A stretch of DNA of 64,000 nt from Lingula anatina. Taxonomy: Eukaryota > Animalia > Brachiopoda. The notes under the pieces are model-generated. The model was not told the DNA's origin, made no database searches, and saw nothing but the letters and a program-made list of their open reading frames with translations. Position numbers and translations under genes: made by a program. Positions 25,860-39,900 of the stretch are shown here, piece by piece. Location of the stretch: positions 22,754,001 to 22,818,000 of the forward strand of contig CM120646.1 of NCBI GenBank assembly GCA_051362555.1, in the 5' to 3' direction. The first letter of the stretch is position 1. Every line of letters begins with the position of its first letter.

Positions 25860-26260
25860 CCAAAGCAACAAATATTTACCTTCCTCACGACTCCGCACTA
25901 ATCAGCGGCACATACCGGCAGGTAGAGTTCAAGGTCGTGTCACCCACAAGACAATCCCCAAATCTGCTCGCTAAAATACAGCTAGCTAATCGTGATTCAA
26001 ATGTAAAGTTAGAATTTACACAGTTTAAATCAGAATAAAAGTTACAAAGTAATTGGTTTTAAATAAGGCATTGTTGTTAAAATATAAAAATATATTGACA
26101 CTCTCTTTTTTTCTCGACAGATGTCAGCACAAGCCGGCAGTGAGGAAACATACGGAAGTTGGTGAATCTACAGTGTACTTGATTCATGAGTCATTGAAGT
26201 GACACATATTACCGCACTGAATCGCAGACTGAGTGCTGATCGGAATTCCTAAGGTAAGTG
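25860..26260. promoter_or_regulatory. Probable divergent promoter/first-exon region (minus: ZDHHC23 5'UTR; plus: ADF-H gene 5'UTR)
   Basis: Locally CpG-richer. Minus-strand donor GAAG|gtaaat near 25880, plus-strand donor TAAG|gtaagt at 26253, ETS-like CGGAAGT near 26153. Assignment to these genes is inference. Confidence 0.45.
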
Positions 26261-26927
26261 GATATGTCGCCTATAGATTTATGGTATTATCTAGAGAGAA
26301 ATGAACAGTTACCGTGTAAAAATGATACGTATAGATTCAGAAACGTTTGAGATAGACTAGAGGATTGAGCCAAGTGATACACTGTACACATGTCCATACT
26401 CAGTGACACATTATCAGTATTGTTTGGGGCATTTTCTGTCGTAAATATGCAGCAAATATTGGTTCTCGAAAATAAGTTACAGCTATTATTCTAAGCGCTC
26501 AATTTTGTAGAGGAGAGGCTTTTGTGCTATTCTTGATAGAAAGTGGGCGTAGGTCGAAAAGTTTTTATTCGTACTCACTGCAAATACAGTAGCCACTCCA
26601 GTTGCATTGTTGGCATACTTTACATTCTTGACCTATTTTTTCTCATTCCCAATTATCACAACATGGTTGAATAGTGTGACTGTGAGACAGTGATTCATCT
26701 ACCCAGTATGATACTACATGTAGGACGTGTATCTGACAGGATTTTTTATACATATATAAATATATTATATAAATATATTAAAATGAGCATATGGGCGCAA
26801 CCTCAGTTTTGTACTGCATTGCACTAAAAGTCTTTTACTGTGTGTGACAAATCTGTGTTGTTACTTACATGTAGCACACAGTCAAACAAAAACGTTTTTG
26901 TCTGTGTAATAAGTACTAATACATGCA

Positions 26928-27087
26928 CAGGGGCGGTTCCAGAGATATTTTCTGACAGTCTTCCAAATTATCGTTGTTGGTCCATCCTCCATTTTTGACC
27001 ATCTTCAGACAGAAAAATTTAGATGCCTGTCAATGTAAACTTGAAAATCTGACCGTCTTCTGGAAGACCAAGATCAATCTGCCCCTG
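26928..27087 (+). mobile_element. Family D copy
   Basis: CAGGGGCGGTTCCAGAGATATTTTCTGACAG...GCCCCTG, flanked by an ATGCA direct repeat. Confidence 0.7.
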
Positions 27088-27156
27088 ATGCACAACTTGA
27101 GGGGCCTTCTAAAATGAATTAGTGTAGGTCACAATAGCTGCATTTAGTGCACACTA

Positions 27157-27345
27157 ACTCCACAGGGACTCTTGCTGAATGCAATTAGTATAACACATTA
27201 ACACACCTCCTTTTGTCTCGAACGTAACCATGTGATAACCATATGATAACCATGTGTTAACCAGCGTTTTTGTATTCTACTCAGTGCCGAGAAGATGTGT
27301 GTTAGTCTGTTAATGTGAACGTCTTAATTGAGAAGACCCATAAAG
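27157..27345 (+). mobile_element. Dispersed repeat family C copy
   Basis: Similarity to 10012-10165. Confidence 0.55.
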
Positions 27346-28294
27346 TTGGTGCACACTAGTTATTTGAGACGTTTGTCATTCTGCACAGCCTCCAAGATAA
27401 AGTAAATTATGCAGAAGTCATAATAATAATTTACGCTGTCTGTGTTTGGGCTAAATTCTGACTGAGTGGTTTTGTTAGCCAGAAGCCAGCGTCTTGGGGT
27501 TATGTAACAGTTCACTCACTGACCGTAAGCTAACATGACAAAGTAAATGATGTGTATGCCACTGGGTTATTGTTGGTCAACAACAAACAAACATCATTCC
27601 ATGTTGAGTCCACATATTTGCACAGAGAAAGCTAAGGGCAGTTTGCACACAGCCTGTAAGCTGAGAAGGGGAGGTCAAGCATCCCCAGTCTGTTTTCACA
27701 TTCCCACAAACTGCACGAGCATGTCAGTTTTACACATTATTAACTTATAGATTATACAGAATACTAATTGCAAGAAAACATGACCAGTGTTCAAGATTTA
27801 TTTTTGTTTGCAAATGATATGGTCCATAATATAGACTTAAAATTTTATTATCCAACCCTTTACAGCACTTTGGCTACATGCTGATCGTTTGTCCTGCATG
27901 CTATATTGTCATCAAGTCTCTAATCTGTCTAAATGTCATCCACTTTAAGAACTTGGTTAAGAAACACCCTTTATACTTGGCGACATATAATTAGCCTTTG
28001 GTAATGTATAGTATAAGCCGCGGTGATAAATTTTAATTAATGTGCCTGCACATCCATTCAATATTTCATTGTGGTAAGTATACTGTGAACTTCTGTACCC
28101 TTCATATATATATTGTGTGACTAGTGTCATCTCTCTATGGCTTTCATTTGTTTTAAAGCCTTGAGAATTCAATCCAATACCCAGCAGTATCTAAGAGGAG
28201 TTCTTTTTTTTTTCTTTTGTTAGTTTCTATTTTTTTACCACTAGAACTGAGCAAATGTAAAAAACAAAACAAAAAAAAAAAAAAAAAAAAAAAA

Positions 28295-28325
<31 letters not shown>

Positions 28326-29428
28326 TGACACAGAACTTAGAAAAATTTTTTGATTTAGGTTGGATCTTTTCCCAGGCAAAATGGTAATTCTTTTGAACCT
28401 CCACAGCCTCCCACCTCCCCCCACCTCCCCCCCCCCCCCCCACTACACGGGGCTGGTATTTGCTGTCATTTTGAGCACTTAGTAGATTGATATGATGAAA
28501 ACTTTATCAGTTGATGAACTGACCATCATAATTAGCACCAGTTGTCATATATCATAACGATGTCTTGAAATATTTATGGTTGCAGTATTCAAATAAGACC
28601 TCAGGTCCATAGTAGATTAATTTTGTAATGTGGTATACTAAAACATAATACTATTAAATACAAATAATTATAAAAACAAAATTTGCTGAGTCTTATGTGG
28701 TCCCTATACAGAGTCCAGTCATTTTGATTAACAATAAAATACCAGAAATATTCCTATGTATTTGATAATTCACTGGCACATTGTAGGTTGAATCTCTGTG
28801 TATTAAGATCACTTAAACATGAAAGGAGGTGGAGACGACACACAACATGGACATCTTTGACACAATAATGCCTATGTACCTTCAATTGCCTCATCACATG
28901 ATCATTGTACATTATACAGATGACAATTCCGAGCTCTGACAGGCAATTGAGGGATGAAACCACTTCGTTGTAAATGAAGCTGTGTTTGCAATTATGTGTA
29001 TTAATCTTAGACCCAATTAAGTAAATGTCAATGTTATTAAGCTGGTATCAAAATGCTGTACACCTATTTATTAGCTAGGCATACTAGTTTATGTATGTAA
29101 AGCATGCTCACCTTTAACTGGTGTATGCACAGCAAGTACAAGCATATGGAAATTCTAGATCATAAAGAAAGAGGTCTGTCAGGGATAAGTTATATACAGT
29201 AGGTATGCATGTATTAACCACCACAACATTTGATGTTTTGTACATTTAGAATCATTTGTTTACATTGCCTTTTTTTGCGCTATTATTTTTTTATTAGTGT
29301 TTCATTATGTAGTAATGCATCAAAATTGACAAAAATCCCATTTTGTGCACCGTCATTTTCTGCTTTTTACCTGTATATTTGACAGCTTTGCTGATTTTTT
29401 TTCCAGTGTTTCAATCTCTTGCCACACA

Positions 29429-31353
29429 ATGAGTACCACTGCAGACGTAGCAGATGAGCAAGGACTTGCAGAGGCATTGGCTGATCTAAGGTCAGATGAC
29501 ACAGAGGTCAACCTGGTAGTTCTGGGTCACGTCAACGGCAACCCTAACCTCGTTGATGTTGTACATGTGGGTACGTATAAATAGAAAATCCTACAAAATA
29601 AACAATCTGATATCAGGTATTCCACATCTGTATTTACCTTATACATTTCACTATTTATTTAAGAGAGTGAATCTTTCAATACATCCAGTAGTTTGATATC
29701 ATTAAGAGAAAAAGAAAATGAATCTAATACTACAAGGATTTAATGATGTGATCTTAAACGGTAGTGTGGTCACATGACAGATCAGGTGACAGCTAGGTCA
29801 GCCATCTGTATCTGCTTCTCTTATGTGGTTTCAGTTTATTTATTTATTTACTTATTTATTTATACTGTATTTCTAGGGACCAGCCTCTCTGAGGTGTCAG
29901 ATGTTCTGGACCCTAAGCAGACCATGTATGTGGTGGTCAGACTGACCAGTACCTTTGACATGTCCACCACTGTTAAGTTTGTGTATGCACACTGGTAAGG
30001 AACTCTGCTTTTTCCTCAAGATTTTTTCATCAGATATGAACAAATGAATAGTTTTGAAACATTTAGAATGTTCAGTCGTCAGCTTGTTTAATGCATGTTT
30101 TTTAAAAGCATTTGGATCTTTTAATTTCTGTACGACCATTTACATGTGCATGTACTTTTATTCAACTCAATTTTGCTAGCTTTCTGTATATCAATTTTAA
30201 CTGACATCGACAAAAGAGTCTTTTTTTTTCCTAAAAAATCCGTGAGTGAAATGTCATCTTTTCAGGGTGGGAAACAAAGTTCCATATGCAACGCGAGGGA
30301 AATGTGGCGTAGTGCATGAAAGTGTTCGTAGCCGTCTTGGGGCCTTCCACTTGGAGCTTGAAACTGATTCTGTAGAAGACCTAACACAGGAGGCCATCAT
30401 GCAGAAGGTAGGTGCCACACTGGCCTGTCTTGTCAATGAGTGACACCTTCTCTACATTTTGCACAGACCATATTATAATGTGTTGTTTTGTAGTCAGTTG
30501 AGAAATTATTTTATTGTTCTGACAAATTTAGTTTTAATATTTTTCTTGTGACGGACAAGAATGTTAATGGTGTATAATAATGAGCGTATAGTTATTTGAA
30601 ATTGAAAGATACTTGGACACTTTTGCTATCAATAAATAAATTATTCGGGATGACTGTTCCAAGAATGATGTCTTCTCAATGAATATTTCTTATTGTGAAT
30701 AATGTGATGTTTCTGTTCATAAAGCTTGAAGAAAACTCTGGGACCAAATCTAAAGTATTAGAATCCACTGAAGGCAGACAAGAGAGGGGGTTTACATCCA
30801 GTCAAATTTTAAGGTAATAGTGTAGCTGAATTTGGATTATGGAAGTAAGAAAAGGAACGTATCTAGGTCACTGTGGAAGAAATAATTGATGAGAGACTGA
30901 GAATTTTTGTCAAAAATTGAATATAATCTTGGGTTCTACCAGGTTGTGAAGTAATGAAAATAGTGTAAGAGTTCTTGCTAGGTTGATTCTTGAATCATAT
31001 ATGATGCAAAATACTGATACTTTAAAAAAAATAACTTTTGCGTTTCTCTTGCAGTAACAAAACCAGGTCAACGGGTCACAAGTCCATGTCTTCAACTAAA
31101 GTCAATGCTGTGAGTAAAGAGGGCGCTCCTGTGCAGTTTGCCCCAGAGGTGCCAGATGCTATAGCTGATGTTCGGTAAGGGGATTCAAGACATTTTGGAC
31201 TACTACCAAGTCCATTTTATATGAACATCTTGTTTTTAAACTTAGAAAATTAAAATTTACAAAAGTGTGGGTAAGCATTTTTGAGGCGTTGAATACTGCA
31301 ATTTTGCTTGAATTACTTACCATTAAAAAATTACTTACCAAACAGACAAAAAA

Positions 31354-31396
<43 letters not shown>

Positions 31397-31972
31397 AATA
31401 ATAATAAATAAATAAATAAATAAATAAATCATTTCCAACATGATGTAAAACACATTATAGTTATCAATTATACCATGGTCTTTATCTTTAGCTTTATAGC
31501 TCACTTGTCTTTTTGTCCATTTTTTGTAACACAGAGATGATGGCACAGCCACTAACTGGATGTTGGCTGGCTATGAACGTGGCGACCCCAAGCAGCAGAT
31601 AGTGGTACTAGGCTCTGGCACAGGCGGACTGGAAGAACTGAAAACGGGCTTTGATAATTCTCTTGCCATGTACGCCCTGCTCAGAGTGACTGATGTGGTG
31701 GACGATATCACCACTGTGAAATTTGTCTACATTTTATGGTGAGCTTGTTCATTATAATTTTAACTATGGAGGGTCTGTGAGGATTTGTGTCAAAAAAGAA
31801 AAACATATATTGCTGTAAATTTAATTAGACTTTCATACTTCTCTGGTTCATATGAAAAATTTAACTGATTTGAGATGCATTTAAGAATTATTTTAATTGA
31901 AAGAAAATTCTGAAAGTGATTACTGGAAATGACTACTTTCACTTGCGTCTCTTTCTCTCTCTCTCTCTCTCT

Positions 31973-32003
<31 letters not shown>

Positions 32004-32743
32004 CACAGGCCTGAGGAGTTAAAGTCAGTACATTTCCTTATTTCTCAGGATGGGAGACAAGGTGAAGCCCATGAGTAGAGCCAAGGTGTCCACACACAAG
32101 GGAGCCGTAGAGGAGATGTTCAAACCTGCACATGTCACAATCTTTGCCTCAGATCTCAGTGACTTGAAGGGAGTTATGGATAAGGTGGGTTTAGTGGAGA
32201 ATGTGCCAACTTCAACAAAATTGGGAAAATCTGAGTAGGAATTTATTAGTTCATGTGTTTGTGTTAGAGCACTGTTTTGACAGACTCTCAGTGCTTATTG
32301 TTAAGTTTAAGAAGTTTTCGACTGGTACAACATGAAATGTTCATTGGATCTTTCCTAGTTTAGATAGAAACATTAATTAAGAATGTTTTTCTTCACAATT
32401 AAGTAAAGAAAATGTGCTCTGCATATGTGTAATAGTTAATTCATAAAAACAGACACTGAGGCCGAGTCTTGACATGTCCATAGAAAGCATTACTTTCCTG
32501 TTAAACTATAATATAATTTTGATATAATTATTGACTTTTTTTTTGGAAAACAAGCAGCTGTTAGTTGCTGTTAGGTAATTTTTTCTAAGAGTAATTACAA
32601 ACTACCCTTATGTCTTTAAGGTCGAGTTCCATATTTGTTGTGAGAATATTTTCTCTTGCCCTGTGCCTCTGACCTTATTGTTGCAATTATTCTTTCAGGT
32701 AACTTCTGCCTCAGGAACCAAGGTACACGTGAGATCCTCCTGA
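29429..32743 (+). CDS. Tandem ADF-H (coactosin-like) actin-binding protein, two domains (about 331 aa)
   Basis: Exons: 29429-29570, 29877-29994, 30266-30407, 30725-30813, 31055-31174, 31535-31738, 32049-32184, 32699-32743 (TGA), total 996 nt. Two repeats of the coactosin/drebrin pattern: A(L/I)AD(L/V)R.D...MY...R.T...D..TTVKFVY..W.G.KV...R.K...H. Confidence 0.88.
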
Positions 32744-35700
32744 AGCCACTGCCATTCATCCATGATCACCTGCTTAGGAACATCATTCTGTTACCATAAT
32801 GAAAGTTTTGATTCATCCTGTTGTTTTAAACAAAGTTGAAGATGGAATTTTTAATGAAATGCCATACTGGAGCTTATTGCAGTTTGCAGCACGGTAACAA
32901 GGCCTTATAGTGGTAAGACTGAAACAGAGTGACCACTGATTTAAACTTAAGCTTCAGTATGAGATTGGATGAAAATTCCATCTTTATATCAACATTCTGA
33001 CACATTCTTCATTCACCAGTGAACAGCTTGTTATTAAAAACATAAGTTTGCAGACCAGTATTTTATATTTATGAATCATTCCTTCCTTTTCTTTCCAAAA
33101 TATTTCCAGGAAATAAGGATTTCCATGAATATTATTAGTAGTTAATAACTTCCATAAATATATGTATGAAATAAATATTTCCAAAAATATTTGTAGGAAA
33201 TTAGAATGTCCATAAATGTTTGTAGGATATTAGGATTTATTAGATTTAATTTCTTTGTATTGGTTAAAGAGCAAAGAAATTAATTGTGTGGAAAAGCTGA
33301 ATTGTAATATTTTCTCTTCTTCATTGGCACTGCACTGGCGGTTTGTGCCCAGCCACTGGTTTCAGCTCAAACCAGATTTACAAGTTTTAAAGCTATGCAC
33401 CTGTATTTTGTTAAAAATTGTTAAGATTATATAAGTCTGATAAGCATTTGCTTTTTAAATATATATAGTATAGTATATGAAGTATATTCATTCACTATAT
33501 AATTTGTTTTTCATATTTAACCTGATGGATAAGAACATGCTTATTGTGTCTTTTTGAAAAATTCTGAACAGTGTCTTTCCAGACTTATTTGTTGATAATT
33601 GAGACAAAATGTTCAAATTAAGAGTTATATGTATTTAGATTACAGATAAGTGATCCTTTTACTGTCTTTTAAATATTGATGAGATAATTACTCCCATGTT
33701 AACTGCCAAGGTGCCTTTATTCTTTAAAATTGACTTTGAATAAATGTGACTGAGATAGCTTTAGCTCAAAAACATTTTATTCCTTAAGTATTATGTAAAT
33801 GAAATGATTGATCAAGTAAATGTTAAATGTGCAATTGTATTTTGTTTCTTTTCAAATTTAGGATGTATTTTACTGAAGTAAGAAAATGTGATTGTCATTT
33901 GATTCTAAACTATTTATTGAATGGGAAATTTTATTTTTATTCAACACCACCTGTATGCAATGATATTATTATAGATCATGCCATTTTTGTGCAAAGCAGA
34001 ATTTGTCCTTTTGAATGTACCAATATGAACTGCATATTGATGTTATATGTTCAAAATTATACAAAATATTTGACTGACAGTATTTTCAGCAGTAGTAGCA
34101 GTTTAAACAGATTTTTACTGCAAGTGAAAGATTATTTATTCAAGCTTGCTAGACTCACGTACTATCTGAATGTCTGTTCTTTTTGCTGTAACCAAACCTA
34201 AGATTTACATTTAAGAAAAGTTGAGGAATCCTTAATGCATATCCACATACTTTTTAAATATATGATGAACCAGATCAACTGAATGTACCATTTTTGTAGG
34301 TGGATAGCAGCACTTATATACTCTGTTATACACCTGCTATTTGCATTTGTTAGCAAGTCTTTCAAACTTTTAGAATATTGAATATTTCATTGACCAAGGC
34401 TAGACTCTAATTTAGACATTATAGATAGCTTTTTAAGAATCTCATAGAGCTTTCGCCTTCTTTTAATAATACATGTATCACTGATGGCTTTTAATTTTTT
34501 TCTGTGGTGTTTGTGTTTTTTCAGACTATAAACAAACTGGCTAAGATTTAAGAACTATTTTTGTTACAGAAGCATTCCTTGTTATTGATAGGGCCAAATT
34601 TGACTGAATTATGATTATCATAAATTACCTGTGTATCATGTGAAAGCAGTTCTGACATTCATCCTTTTAAAAAGATTAGTTCAAGATGTAAGGAAATATT
34701 GAAGATTAGACCAATTCATAAGTTATTTATAACTAATAAATGAGATGATGAGTGAATTTATTCAGCGAGTACCTTGTTTAACTATGTTGCACTAATACAC
34801 AGAGATGACCCTCTTCTGGATTTATACGGAAATTTGGATGTTTATGAAAAAAATATCAAATTATTAAGAGGAAAATACATAGGCATGTAAGCCCTAAACA
34901 TCAACCCTATAAAATATTCTTTTTTTCATCTCCCAAAGTTGTGTACCCAACAGATAACTAATAATACAAATAATTATTTAATAAAGGGGGAGAGAGAGAG
35001 AGAGCAAAGAATACATTTGTATTTTTATTTCTGTCTCATTACATTTCATGCTCGCAAAATTCCGATAAGCAGAAGAAGAAGGATCTGATTTGAAATGCTT
35101 ATCAAGTTATTAGCCTTTAGATCCTAAATATCATTTTAAATTAAAAGCCAATTAAATAAATGATTATTTTATTATTGGTTACTGATTATTTTGTGTCAAA
35201 TCATGCAATGCCGGGATTACTTTTTCAAACTTCTGAGGGCTGAGTGAAGATGGCAAACCATGCTATCTAAGGAAAGAAGCAGGCAAGGGCTGAACCAGAA
35301 GATTTCATGGAAACATAATTTCTGTAGATGCAAAGAGCCGTCACACCCTACCCTTTAATGTGAAGGTGAGGAAACTTATCAAAGTAGAAACTGCCTTAGA
35401 ATATATTGAAATTCTTTTGGACAGTTTTCGTGACTTACTTCAAAGTCTTCACAGAAATCCAAGATCATGTAATAATGTTACTGTGGCTGTCATGAGTAAA
35501 GAAGCCTCAACAGCTTTTAATCTTTGAAAAACAAATGGAGTGACGTAATTACTCAGACATGGGGAAAACTTTGGAGACACTGAGAGTCTGAAGGACCTGC
35601 ACTACAAGAAATCCGCAGGTCCTCCAAATTTTGAACCTATTCATCTATGTTTACGTGTGATTCATTACTATGTATTGTATTTTTACAAAATCCTTGCGAC

Positions 35701-36155
35701 TCCAGAGGACTTGAAATATATACCACCATGTCTGATTCTTACTGAAAATTTCATTTAGGGAAAAAAAACATTGAATACATCTAAGTAGAAGTGAATACTT
35801 ACACACAGGAATAGCCCCGACTAGAGCACTTGTCTCCTATGTTATGACACGGACTGAGTCACTGCTGGAACTACTGCTGACTGCACATACAGAGAGGGAT
35901 GGACATTTTACAGACAAAAGTTTACAGTTTATAAAATTTGAAAGAACAGCAAGCCTAAAGGTTTGTTTCGTTTGGTTAAATAGTCTCATTTTCCTTTTAG
36001 AAAACCTGAATTTTATGTCAAATGTGTATCAAAAGAAAATCAAATGTTGCTAATATGCTGAAAGAATACAATTTCAATTTTTTTCAAACTGAATTTCAAA
36101 ACAGTAGGCTTGCCAATTGAATTGACTTTCTACTGCAGAGAAAAAAGTGGTCTTA

Positions 36156-36323
36156 GACCCCATTTCCAGAGATTAGATCGATCTACTTTAGATCAACCTA
36201 ACTCCTTGGGGGTTCACACTTAATAGCTGTCAGCCGGGCGGACACGAAAGTTAATTACCCCCTTACAGCTTGTAGTAGGCAGGGCGGACATTTAAGCCGG
36301 ATTATCTGACAGTAATCTAGTGA
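36156..36323 (-). mobile_element. MITE family A, truncated copy
   Basis: Matches 19673 onward, then breaks after CTAGTGA. Confidence 0.82.
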
Positions 36324-36988
36324 TGCGATTCAGAGAAAAAAGAATAATGAGAATTAAGATTTTTTGCACAGAATTCAACTCAATACGATTGTAGATCTGA
36401 GTGTATGAATTAATGATTGAAAAAAAAAAAAAAAAACAATTGTTGATATCTGAATGAACATTGGAACAACAAAAACAAATACCAGCTGCCATTTGGAAGA
36501 ACGCCGTTAAAAAAAGAAGAAAATTACACACCAAAAACATTACTGGCATTTGAACATAAACAAATAAAAAGAACACAAATTACTGCAAAATGTTCACTTT
36601 ATTGAAATATTACAAAAGTACTGAAAATATGAATCTACTAGTACATTACAGCAGAGAAAGCTTTTATCACACACAGGTTTTTCAATATTTAAGCAGTGTC
36701 TGTCCAATGTTCACTCAGTTGAATGTTTTTGGTGTGACCTTTGTGACCTTGACCTTTGTAGTGTGACCCTTTTTGACCTGTGATAATGAGGGATCTCTCA
36801 GTGAAGCTCTTCTAACCAAGGCACATCAAACTTAATACTCCTCGAAATGGAATAACATTATTTCAACCTTCAGGTGGTTGTAGTACTATACAACAATGAA
36901 GAAAATTACTAAATGACGCCCATTTGGAGATTTTCGATATGACAGATCTTCAGACAGACGAGGATTTATTGGCTGGACTAAGTGTCGC

Positions 36989-39900
36989 TCATGTCTTCAC
37001 AAACTTCATGACAGAATGCAGAATTTCTATTCCATGCAGCTCACGCAGCCTCTCTAAGTGTCTGAAAAGTAACAGTTCACATGAAAATAAAAATGCCTTT
37101 TACATAGCAAACCATACACCTCATGTTTTTATATCATGTGGGTATTGTCTCAAAATAATCAGCCTTATGCTTATCTGCATTACTACATCTACTAAAAAAT
37201 GTATGAAAAAATTCCCCACTAAATCTCTCATAAACTGTTTACTCTTCTACTAACAACATAACATTATCTAAGGTGCCATGACGTCAAAAGACTACTCAGA
37301 ATTTTCGTTCCTTACCTTGTATCTCCTTGAGTCAGCTTAGCAATGAGAATGGCACAATTTTCCTGAACCCCTGTCCTCTTGCCGTCCCTCACTATGACCA
37401 GGAGGTGCTGAATGATGTTGGTTTTCACCAGTTTTTGGCACACCCTGTGGTTCTCCGCCAGGTGTGCCAGGCACAGGGCCGCATTGCCAACTACGATCTC
37501 GTCCTGACTCTTTAGAAGCTCTACTAGAGGACCCAGACCTGGAATACAGGGTGACAAGTAATTTACGTGTAGAAACACAACCTCATACACAGCGTGACTG
37601 GTCATTTAAATGTGGAAACACAACCTGATACACAGGGTAGTTGATTATTTAAATGTTGAGCAACAACCTTAAACACAGGTCACTGAAATTTCAGGTGAGG
37701 TGCTGCAAGTCTTCTTTATGTTGAAATAATAACAGCACAGAGAGTTCATAAAATGCTTTCCTGGGAAGTGGAAACCTGTAACGCACATGAACCTACACAC
37801 TCAAAAAGACCTTGCAAGAATGGCACTAAACACCATAACTTGAATGACTATTATTGAGGTCAAATAAAACAGCCAAAGTGGTGTGCTACAGATCAATAAT
37901 TATGTCTATTTGTCTTTATCATCCCACCTTTATTTTCTACAATACTGTCTCTAGCCTCCTGGCTGACCTTGGTACACGCGGAGATACAGCGGACTGCTGG
38001 CTTTGTAAGGGTAGCTTTCTCACTCTGAAAGATCATAAACAAACAAGGTGGAAAATGACTGATATTGGGGACAACTCAGTTAACCTGAAAAAGGGCCTGT
38101 GATAAGGTAGAAACATTGTGTTCTCTGTTTCAACGTTAGATCCAGTATTAGAATTAATTTCTTAATCACCTTAAAGAGGATACCTTAAGAACTATGAAAA
38201 AAAAAAAAGAAAGAAAGGAGAAAAAGTATCAGGAATTGAAAAAAATAGGAAGTCAAATTTTGGTGTTGAAAAAATTGACTTCTAGACTTAAATATGTCAG
38301 ACTGCTTTTGTTTATTTCATTAAAAAGCTATTCATTAGAAATGATTCATAACTGCAACTGTTGCCAGCCACCAACTTACCCGTATAATCTGTACCAGTAA
38401 CTGTGTAATATCACGTGAACACATCTCGCGGGTAGTCTCTGCTGAATGTGGCAGGATGTTTCCTATGACAGACAGCGCCCTCTCCTGGACAGCCTCTTTT
38501 TCACATTTAGTGTACAGATCTTGACACGTGATGCACAGATCCAGCTCATACTTGTGTTTCGTAACGGCAGTGTTGTCGTACAAGAGATTAAGTAGCAGTC
38601 CCAGAAGAGCAAACAATGTTTCTTCTCCGAGTTTATTGGCATGCTTTTCTGAGTATTCTTTCTGAAATAACAGGGGGAAAACAACTATATTATCTTCTTT
38701 AAAAGAATACTAATAATTGTATGTATACCTAAAATAATTACAAATAAAAATACCCAGTAACTTGCAGAAAATATATTTTGCCTTAAAGCTGCTCACAGGA
38801 AATTGTAAGGAACATTAAGCAGCTAAATACAGTTCAAATTTCTTAATATCAATTCATTGTTTGGATATATTCTCCTACAACATATATAACAACAGATGTC
38901 ACTGTACACATTTCAATACTGTACACAAGTTCTCGACCCTGACAGAGGATAAAAAAGAACAGGAAAAAAGACTGAAAAGAAGTTACAGACTGAAGATGAA
39001 AAAAGACTGCAGAAAAGTCAATCTATTATCTAGTTAACATACCAACATGTGGCAACATCCCTCCCAACACTGTTCCTTGGCACAGATCTTGTTCCGTATG
39101 AAGGCATCACCACACAGGTTGGTCATACTGGACAGGACAGACGGAAGAATGACGGGATTACTGGTGCCTTTCAACTGAAATAAACATCAAAACTGATCAG
39201 ATTTTTTTCTGAATTTGACAGATTACAAATACAGACACAGTTTGGCAATACACTTGATTGACAAATTGCTGGATGTGGCTTGAAATGAATTAAATGAATT
39301 TTGAATAGAAATTTTCCTCCTAAAGCATGAAATGGAAAAGTGATTAAAACCGTAATCATAGAAATCTATTTGCATGGTTTGCTCATACAAATACAGACAC
39401 AAAAAGCTGACTCATTTTTTTTTCCTTTTGTTCATGTTATGTTTGGTATGAGTCTTTCAGCATAAAACCTCTGTAAGATGGTACATACCAGAAACTTTTC
39501 TAAGGTTGGCAGGACCATTTCTTCAAAACCTGGCCTCAGCTGAGCTTTGAATCTGAAACAAAAAAAGACCCTTGGTCAGGAATCATTTTTGATGGATAAT
39601 ATTATAATATTCTTGTGTGACAAAAAGCTGCCCATTTACTAACTTTTTCCAGTTTGTATTTCTAAACAACCTCAAAATCAAAAAATTTGATAAAAATACA
39701 TGGAGTGCAAAATCTAAGTGTCATGATTAAATAATTTCCAAAGTCAAATCTTTATAAGGTTTTATCCCAAACTTTTAATGCATCAACATGCATAAAATTT
39801 AAATTGTTCTTTATTAATAATAAGTAACAGCAACAGAGGATTTGATTCAGTCCTTGTGAAATCCACTGAAAATAGATCATCCTCAAAAATCTATAACAAA

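Noticed and set aside
33827-34201. 124-aa AT-rich ORF downstream of the ADF-H gene
   Set aside because: F/L/I/Y/C-biased composition typical of chance ORFs in AT-rich UTR or intergenic DNA; no motif.
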